From Spartobacteria bacterium (GTDB lineage: Bacteria > Verrucomicrobiota > Kiritimatiellia > CAIQIC01 > Lenti-01): DNA of 47,902 bases. The notes beneath the pieces were generated by a model. That model ran no database searches, was not told the DNA's origin, and saw nothing but the letters and a program-made list of their open reading frames with translations. Both the position numbers and the translations under genes were made by a program. The stretch is taken from NCBI GenBank assembly GCA_009930415.1, contig RZYG01000002.1:1-47902 (forward strand), read 5' to 3'. Within the stretch, counting starts at the first letter, position 1; the number at the start of each line of letters is the position of its first letter. Shown in pieces: positions 17,884 to 23,897 of this stretch.

Positions 17884-19908
17884 ATGACCACCATAAAGAC
17901 CAAAAAGAAGCCATACAGACAGGCCGCCAAACCCGCACGGAAACCGCCCACCACGGCCGCCGAACGGGTGGCGGCGCAGGTCAACAGGTCCAACTGCGTG
18001 GTGCTGAAACCCTGCGCCGATCCAGAGCGCCGGGCAAGACTGGAAGCGGACCCGGTGGCGTGGTTGCAGTGGTATCTGCACCAGACGTACACACGGCCGT
18101 TTGAGCGTCCGCACCGGGAGATCGTGGCGGGAGTGCTGCGCGCCCATGAGACCGGGGGCCGGTTTGTGGTGGCGGCTGAACGTGGAATCGGCAAGTCCGC
18201 GATTCTGTGGGGCATGGTGCTGCTGCTGGCGTTGACTGGCCGCCGGCGCTTTCCCGTCTGTGTGCCGTGGGCGGATCGTGCTTTGAAACGCGCGTTTCGA
18301 TTCTGGCGCAATGCGCTTTGCTTCAATGAAAGACTGCTGGCGGATTATCCTGAATTCTGCCTGCCGTTCGCGCACGCCAAAGGCACACCGCAAAAGGTCT
18401 GCAACGTCTGGTGGGAGCATAGCGGCCAGAAGACCGGGGCGCAGTTGACTGTCGGGGAAGGTTTGATTGTGCTGCCTGATCAGCGCGGGTGCATGGGCGG
18501 GTCAACGATCAATGCGAACGTGCGCGGCCTGAATCACCCGATGGAAGACGGCACGATTCTGCGGCCGGACATTGTTCTGCTGGATGACGTGCAAGACCGC
18601 AGCGTTGCCAAGTCGCCGGCGCAGGTGGCGGACACGGTTTCCATCATAGATGGCGACGTGGCCGGGTGCGGCGATTCAGGCAAAGACCTGCCGTTGTTGA
18701 TGGCGGCAAACTGCATCGGGCCTGAAGACGTGGCGCAGCACTATCTGAACCACCAAGACTGGCACGCGCTGAAAATTCCCTGCATCGTGCGATGGCCTGC
18801 GGACTGGGATGAACCGGACAGCCGGTCCCGTGCGCTGTGGGCGGAATGGCATGAAGCATTCCAAGCCGGCGGCGACGAACGCGCGCTGGCGTTCTTTGAT
18901 TCACACCGGGCCGAACTGGTCAACGGCATGGAACTATCAGCGCCGGCAGCGTTCGCGGTTTCGGGCAAGTGCGCTGATCCTTTTTATGGAGTGATAAAGA
19001 TGTTTCACCGGATGGGCCGGGAAGCGTTCATGGCCGAACGGCAGCAGGAACCCATTGATCAGATTGCCGAGGCCGGACCCTACCACCTGACTGCGGACGT
19101 AGTGCTGCGGCGGGTTGATGCGCAGCGCAAACCGCTGGAACGTCCGCAATGGGTGACGCGGGTGCTGGCATCCAGTGACGTGAATCCGTCCTACGGGTTC
19201 AGCAGTGTGGTGCTGGGGTTCGGGGAAGATCAATCCGCTGCGGTCCTGTGGTACGGGATTCACAAGCTGGCGATTCCAGGCGATCTGCCGGCGCTGGAAC
19301 TGGGGCGGCGACTGTTCGCGGAACTGACCGCCCACGGCAAGGCGCTGGCCGGGCTGCCCGTGGGCGTGGAACAGTGGGCGATTGACGCAGGCGGCGGGAA
19401 CTTTGACGGGGTGCTGGCGTTCGCGGCGGCAGCGTCGAGGGTGTGCGGAATTCCGGCGCTTGGATTCACGGGGCGCGGCGCGAAAAACTACCGGCAGACT
19501 GGCAAGACCGCTGCGGGTCCGTTTCGGGAACAATGCCACGGGTGCCTTGACCATAAGGACGGCCGGGCAATTCGGTGGGTGGCGTGGAATTCAGACTATT
19601 GGAAAGAGTGCGCGCAGCGCGCATGGCTGGGCGAGATCGGCGCGCCGGGGGCGTTGTCACTGCCTGCCGGGATGCACGGTGAGTTTTCGGCGCAGGTGAC
19701 GAATGAACGGCTGCTGGGCAAGGGTGACGTGGGCGGCCAGACGTTCTGGAACTTCAAGCGGCTGCCGGGGCGCAATGATTTTGGCGATGCACTGGCGCAG
19801 GGCTATGCGCTGGCCGCGTTCGGGTTCGGGATCGGAACAAGCGGCCGGCAGCGGATCGGTCAGGCGCGCAGGCCGAAACCCTCAATCAGGATGGTGAAGA
19901 TGCGCTGA
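17884..19908 (+). CDS. large terminase-like ATPase/nuclease (GpA-like)
   Basis: 674 aa. Walker A VVAAERGIGKS. Arginine-finger/Walker B block GSTINANVRG...RPDIVLLDDVQD. The C-terminal half has acidic motifs (VLASSDVNPS, WAIDAGGGNFDG) compatible with an RNase H-like nuclease. Length is typical of GpA-type TerL. Confidence 0.55.
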   Translation: MTTIKTKKKPYRQAAKPARKPPTTAAERVAAQVNRSNCVVLKPCADPERRARLEADPVAWLQWYLHQTYTRPFERPHREIVAGVLRAHETGGRFVVAAERGIGKSAILWGMVLLLALTGRRRFPVCVPWADRALKRAFRFWRNALCFNERLLADYPEFCLPFAHAKGTPQKVCNVWWEHSGQKTGAQLTVGEGLIVLPDQRGCMGGSTINANVRGLNHPMEDGTILRPDIVLLDDVQDRSVAKSPAQVADTVSIIDGDVAGCGDSGKDLPLLMAANCIGPEDVAQHYLNHQDWHALKIPCIVRWPADWDEPDSRSRALWAEWHEAFQAGGDERALAFFDSHRAELVNGMELSAPAAFAVSGKCADPFYGVIKMFHRMGREAFMAERQQEPIDQIAEAGPYHLTADVVLRRVDAQRKPLERPQWVTRVLASSDVNPSYGFSSVVLGFGEDQSAAVLWYGIHKLAIPGDLPALELGRRLFAELTAHGKALAGLPVGVEQWAIDAGGGNFDGVLAFAAAASRVCGIPALGFTGRGAKNYRQTGKTAAGPFREQCHGCLDHKDGRAIRWVAWNSDYWKECAQRAWLGEIGAPGALSLPAGMHGEFSAQVTNERLLGKGDVGGQTFWNFKRLPGRNDFGDALAQGYALAAFGFGIGTSGRQRIGQARRPKPSIRMVKMR

Positions 19909-19982
19909 AGATTTACCGGCGGCGCGTTTGCCGGCGGGATTGAGAAAACAGAAAGCCGGGAATCCGGCAGAAAGATACGAGC

Positions 19983-20216
19983 ATGAAAAAGACAATGACC
20001 ATACGACGCACGGCGACACTAGCCAAAGCACAGCCGAGCAAGGCGCGGCCGGTCAAGCCGACACCGAGCAAGGCGGAACAAGACTTCAATAAGGCGGCAG
20101 AACTCCGGCGCAAGTTTCCGCTGGTGGCATCCACACCGGCAGCAAAGCGCCGTGCGCTTCAGGCTGCAAAAGCCTATGGCACGGAATTGACCGCGCGGAA
20201 AGCAGGCAAGCGATGA
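19983..20216 (+). CDS. small basic hypothetical protein (77 aa)
   Basis: K/R/A-rich. Its stop overlaps the next start (ATGA at 20213-20216). Confidence 0.5.
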   Translation: MKKTMTIRRTATLAKAQPSKARPVKPTPSKAEQDFNKAAELRRKFPLVASTPAAKRRALQAAKAYGTELTARKAGKR

Positions 20217-20713
20217 AGGACCTTGAAAACAAATCTTCTGCCGAACTGCGGCAGATGCTGGATGACGTGCAGCGGGAAGAAAACCGGACCAGCGTGCAGA
20301 TCACAGAGTGCATGGAAAACCACGACCTGTCTGCAAAGGCAACGGACAAGTTTTCCCGGCTGCAAACGCACAACCATCTGCTGTGGGTTCGCGGCGAGCA
20401 AATCCGCCGGCGGCTGGCGATTGTCGAGCGTGATGAATTCGCGGCAGAGGCGGAACGGCTGCGCGGCGACATTCAGCGGTTGGAAACCGAACACGCTGCT
20501 GCGATTGAAAAAACGTTCGCGGCGGTTTATCCGGTGCTGAAATACCGGGAGCAGGTTGATCACGAATGGCACAAGCGCCGGGAACATGAGGTTCGGCATT
20601 TTTGCCGGACTTCGCACGGTCCCGGCCAAATTGAGGCACAAATCCACGACACGAAAGCGCGACTGGCCGACATTCAGCGCGCGCTGGAAAAAATGGAGGG
20701 CAAGCAAGCGTGA
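20213..20713 (+). CDS. coiled-coil hypothetical protein (166 aa)
   Basis: Heptad-like charged sequence throughout. Translationally coupled to the upstream ORF. Confidence 0.55.
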   Translation: MKDLENKSSAELRQMLDDVQREENRTSVQITECMENHDLSAKATDKFSRLQTHNHLLWVRGEQIRRRLAIVERDEFAAEAERLRGDIQRLETEHAAAIEKTFAAVYPVLKYREQVDHEWHKRREHEVRHFCRTSHGPGQIEAQIHDTKARLADIQRALEKMEGKQA

Positions 20714-20963
20714 AGACTTGGCGCGCCACCGCACTGCCTGCGGAATCCCCCCGTCCCGTCCGGGCAAATGGCGTGCCTGACGGGAAGCGCAAGGCGCAGC
20801 GGATTGTCTGCCGCTGCTACCTTCGACCGGCTGCCGCTGCCGGGCGCGAAAGCGGAAGCGCGAGGGGTTGACGGAGTGTTCACCGGCAATCCTTCCACGG
20901 GCCGCCACCACCTGCGCGACGGTGGCACTATTTGAACCGAGCAACCAAACCAACGAGGACACC

Positions 20964-21386
20964 ATGACAAAGAAAACAAAGACGGATCAGCGGCCGGCAA
21001 CGGTCTGCCAACTATGCGGACGGCGCTGCGGCCGGGATTCGTGCCACTATACGCGCGGCAAGATAATCACCTGCCAAGACTGCGAACGAACCGGAACGGG
21101 GTTTATCCATGCGCCTGAAATCGTGTTCAGCGGGAATCCGATTCACAATGACACGATCGGCAGCCTGCGGGAACAAATCGAATACTGCGCCGGCACCGTA
21201 GACCTGGAGCTGGGCGGCATCGTCAACCGGCTGCGCGGAGAATTCCCGAAAGCGCCGGAACGTCTGCTGTGGATCATTGCCAAGTTTGATCCATACCGGG
21301 GAGATAAAGCGCAGCACAACCTGCGGGAGATTTCACGCCTGCGCCGCCGAATGCGCCGGCTGCGAATGAAGCGCGCGCACAAATAG
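20964..21386 (+). CDS. C4 zinc-finger protein (140 aa)
   Basis: ATG 20964 preceded by GAGGA. CQLC-x18-CQDC near the N-terminus. Basic C-terminal tail RLRRRMRRLRMKRAHK. Confidence 0.6.
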   Translation: MTKKTKTDQRPATVCQLCGRRCGRDSCHYTRGKIITCQDCERTGTGFIHAPEIVFSGNPIHNDTIGSLREQIEYCAGTVDLELGGIVNRLRGEFPKAPERLLWIIAKFDPYRGDKAQHNLREISRLRRRMRRLRMKRAHK

Positions 21387-21545
21387 ACTTTGGCCGGGAT
21401 CGCCGGCACCGCGCGTTTGACTTTCCGGGCGATGCGGTCCGGCGGCACCGGCCGCTTTCCAGTCGCCGGTCAACTGCAAGATAACGCAGTTGGATGATGC
21501 GCCTGCGGTCTGCGGACCGTGGGGCTTTTTTTGTGCCGAAAATAT

Positions 21546-21648
21546 TGTGTGGGGCCTGTGTGGGGATTTTTCGGCGGTCGAACCGGCGGGTCTTCGGGTT
21601 TATTTTGACCGCTATTGTGTGGGGCGTGTGGGTGAATGTGTGGGGTTT
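21546..21648 (+). promoter_or_regulatory. TGTGTGGGG repeats (candidate arm-type integrase sites, right arm)
   Basis: TGTGTGGGG at 21546, 21557, 21616 and 21637, plus the variant GTGTGGGT at 21626. Same orientation as the left-arm copies. Confidence 0.45.
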
Positions 21649-21702
21649 ATCTGTCGATTTCTGGGCATTTCTGGGCGTTTTCGGCCTTGCCAAACGGACA
21701 TT

Positions 21703-21738
21703 AGAAAAACCGCGCAACTCGTTGGAGTCACGCGGTTT
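21703..21738 (-). terminator. element-borne hairpin terminator for the reconstituted tRNA-Met
   Basis: Minus sense: AAACCGCG-16 nt-CGCGGTTT followed by TTCTAA, starting 5 nt after the tRNA 3' end. Its sequence differs from the native hairpin at 9684-9714. Confidence 0.5.
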
Positions 21739-21739
21739 A

Positions 21740-21793
21740 AGAATGGTAGCGGGGCTTGGATTTGAACCAAGGACCTTCAGGTTATGAGCCTGA
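21740..21793 (-). repeat. attR: 54-bp direct repeat forming the 3' part of the intact tRNA-Met
   Basis: Identical to 9720-9773. Confidence 0.9.
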
Positions 21794-21820
21794 CGAGCTG
21801 CCGGGCTGCTCCACCCCGCA
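21744..21820 (-). tRNA. tRNA-Met (anticodon CAT), initiator-like
   Basis: 77 nt: TGCGGGGTGGAGCAGCCCGGCAGCTCGTCAGGCTCATAACCTGAAGGTCCTTGGTTCAAATCCAAGCCCCGCTACCA. Position 1:72 is mismatched (U:U) and there is an A11:U24 pair, as in bacterial initiators. Only two of the three canonical G:C pairs are present at 29-31:39-41. Confidence 0.85.
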
Positions 21821-21925
21821 ATCTGATCAAGAATGCAAGCGCACTATACGTCGCCCGCGTTGAAACGCAAGCCTAAAACGAAAATTCTTTTTCATTTTTC
21901 CGTGCCCTCGGCTAGGCTCGGGCGC

Positions 21926-22540
21926 ATGAAACCCCGCCTGCCCGTCGTGTTGTTCGCGATCTATCTCGTCGAGTTCGCCGTCCTGGCCGTCGCTCCGGTC
22001 TCGCGCGGCACGTGGATTTCCGAAAACGTGACGGTGCTGTGCATCGTGGTTCCGCTGGTTTGGCTGTACGTGAAAGGCATCCGCTTTTCGAACGCGGCCT
22101 ATCTGTTGATGTCGGTGCTGATTTTCCTGCACACGATCGGCGGCCACTACACGTTTTCGCTCGTGCCCTTCGGCTGGGTCACGGACTTGATCGGGGCGCA
22201 GCGCAACCACTTCGACCGGATCGCGCACTTCAGCGTCGGCTTCTACGCCTGGGCGCTGATGGAGTTCGTCGAGACCCGCCGCCTCAGCACGCGCCGCGCG
22301 TTCAGCTTCGTCTTTGCCGTGGCCGCGATCTTCGCCGTGGCGTCCCTGTTCGAGATCGTCGAATGGCTCTACGCCGTCTCCGCCGATCCCGTCGCCGGCG
22401 CGGAATTCCTCGGTTCGCAGGGCGACGTCTGGGACGCCCAGAAAGACATGCTGGCCGACGGTCTCGGCGCGCTGCTCGCCGCAACGGCCTATGGCTTCGT
22501 CCACCGCGGCCGCTTCCCAAACTCCGTCTCGCCGCGGTGA
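21926..22540 (+). CDS. DUF2238/YjdF-like inner-membrane protein
   Basis: Start MKPRLPVV. Multiple TM helices. The LHTIGGHYTFSLVPFG motif recalls the YjdF family. Confidence 0.55.
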   Translation: MKPRLPVVLFAIYLVEFAVLAVAPVSRGTWISENVTVLCIVVPLVWLYVKGIRFSNAAYLLMSVLIFLHTIGGHYTFSLVPFGWVTDLIGAQRNHFDRIAHFSVGFYAWALMEFVETRRLSTRRAFSFVFAVAAIFAVASLFEIVEWLYAVSADPVAGAEFLGSQGDVWDAQKDMLADGLGALLAATAYGFVHRGRFPNSVSPR

Positions 22541-22567
22541 ATCGCGACAGGCTTGGGATCCGAGAAA

Positions 22568-22591
22568 CCAAACGTTTTATAAAACGTTTGG
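22568..22591. repeat. 24-bp perfect AT-rich palindrome between convergent genes
   Basis: CCAAACGTTTTATAAAACGTTTGG, which is two AAACGTTT palindromes separated by TATA. Confidence 0.8.
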
Positions 22592-22664
22592 CGCGGTGAA
22601 AATCGATCCAACTTCCGGGACACGGCTGGGGAGGAAACCGATTATCGTTTCGCGGATGCGTTTA

Positions 22665-23897
22665 TCAGGCGCGCAGGGCGGCCAAGGCGTCTGGAAATGG
22701 CTCCAAAACGCGCGGGAGCACGCCCTTCAGATGGGAAATCGCCACTCCATAGTTGGTCATGGGGACGCCGCGCGCGCCGGCGCTTTGCAGGCGGTGGAGC
22801 ATTTCCCGGCGGTTGATCATGCAGGCACCGCAATGGATCGCCAGGCGGTACTTTTCCAGATCCGCCGGCCAGTCGCGGCCGGCCACGACGTCGATCTGCA
22901 GCGTCTTGCCGGTCTTTTCCCGCAGCCAGCGCGGAATCTTCCGTCGGCCGATGTCGTCCTCGAGCGCGTGGTGCGTGCAGGCCTCGCCGATCAGGATCCG
23001 GTCGCCATCGCGGAGGTCGTCGATGACGCGCGCGGCCTTCACCATTTCCGGCAGATCGCCCTTCAGGCGCGCAAGCAGGATGGAAAACGTCGTGCAGCGG
23101 ACGCCCGGCGGGGTTTCGGCCACCATGCGATCCACCACTTGCGAGTCGCAGACCACGAGATCCGGCGGCCCGGACAGCCTGGTCCGCGCGGCGAGATATT
23201 CGGTTTCGCGCGCGACGACGGCGACGGCGCCGAGATCGAGCGCGGCGCGCACGGCCTGGGCCTGCGGCAGGATCAGGCGGCCCTTCGGCGCTTCCTGGTC
23301 CACGGGGATGATCAATACCACGGTGCCGCCCGGCGGCACCGCGCCGCCGAAGAGGTCGGCCACGTGCAGGACGCCCTCCGGCGCCAACTGCCCCAGCGCG
23401 GCCTTGAAGGCGTTCACCACGCGTTCGCGCTGGCCCGGCGCGGCGGCGGATTCGATCACGTGCGGCGCCGCGGCGCGCAGTTGGTCCAAGAACGCGGCCG
23501 CGGGTTTGTGCAGGTCCGTCTTGCCTACCACGACCAGAAACGGGCGGCGGGCGGCTTTGAACTCGTCCACCAGCCGTTCCTCGTGTTCGGTCCAGACGTC
23601 CGGCTCGACCAACAGCACGGCCACGTCCATGCGGCGCAACGCGGCGAACATCTTTTCGCGGCGCTGGTCGCCCAGCGCGGTCGCGTCGTCCACGCCGCCG
23701 GTGTCCGTGAAGACCACCGGACCGATCGGCAGCAGTTCCATCGGCTTCTCGACGGGGTCCGTCGTCGTGCCGGCTTGCGGCGAGACGATGGCGACGTCCT
23801 GCCCCGCCAGAAGGTTCAGGAAGGTGGATTTGCCGACGTTGGTCCGGCCAAAGAGACCGACGTGCAGGCGCATGGACTTGGGGGTCTGTTCTTTCAT
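22665..23897 (-). CDS. hydF: [FeFe]-hydrogenase maturation GTPase HydF
   Basis: Starts MKEQTPKS. G1 GRTNVGKST, G3 DTGG, G4-like GKTD. The C-terminal cluster-binding signature EACTHH...IHCGAC (CxH...HCxxC) is diagnostic of HydF. Its ATG overlaps the mutL stop. Confidence 0.8.
   Translation of the reverse strand: MKEQTPKSMRLHVGLFGRTNVGKSTFLNLLAGQDVAIVSPQAGTTTDPVEKPMELLPIGPVVFTDTGGVDDATALGDQRREKMFAALRRMDVAVLLVEPDVWTEHEERLVDEFKAARRPFLVVVGKTDLHKPAAAFLDQLRAAAPHVIESAAAPGQRERVVNAFKAALGQLAPEGVLHVADLFGGAVPPGGTVVLIIPVDQEAPKGRLILPQAQAVRAALDLGAVAVVARETEYLAARTRLSGPPDLVVCDSQVVDRMVAETPPGVRCTTFSILLARLKGDLPEMVKAARVIDDLRDGDRILIGEACTHHALEDDIGRRKIPRWLREKTGKTLQIDVVAGRDWPADLEKYRLAIHCGACMINRREMLHRLQSAGARGVPMTNYGVAISHLKGVLPRVLEPFPDALAALRA

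Larger units (their letters stand above)
9720..21793 (+). mobile_element. ~12 kb integrative element in tRNA-Met (satellite-like / degenerate prophage-like island)
   Basis: Bounded by a perfect 54-bp direct repeat. The integrase is the first gene inside attL. There are 12 co-directional ORFs with short gaps or 4-nt overlaps. A/T-ending codons are visibly more frequent than in the flanks. Confidence 0.85.

Noticed and set aside
9821-21680. CRISPR array formed by the TGTGTGGGG or GGCACAGG repeats
   Set aside because: The repeats are only 8-10 bp long, irregularly spaced and partly inside coding sequence, and no cas genes are present.
21490-21787. ORFs of 91-97 aa in the att-proximal region of the island, and the minus-strand ORF 21274-21717
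   Set aside because: They have no RBS and odd composition, and they run into the tRNA gene. The region is better explained by the TGTGTGGGG repeats and hairpins of the att arm.
22568-22591. PurR/LacI-family operator interpretation of the CAAACGTTT palindrome
   Set aside because: The site lies between two convergent gene 3' ends with no downstream gene to regulate. It is kept only as a low-interest structural observation.
22665-23897. Generic Era/EngA-type GTPase call for this ORF
   Set aside because: The C-terminal CxH...HCxxC motif and the domain length fit HydF specifically. The upstream 90 codons of ORF 22665-24173 are an out-of-frame read through mutL.
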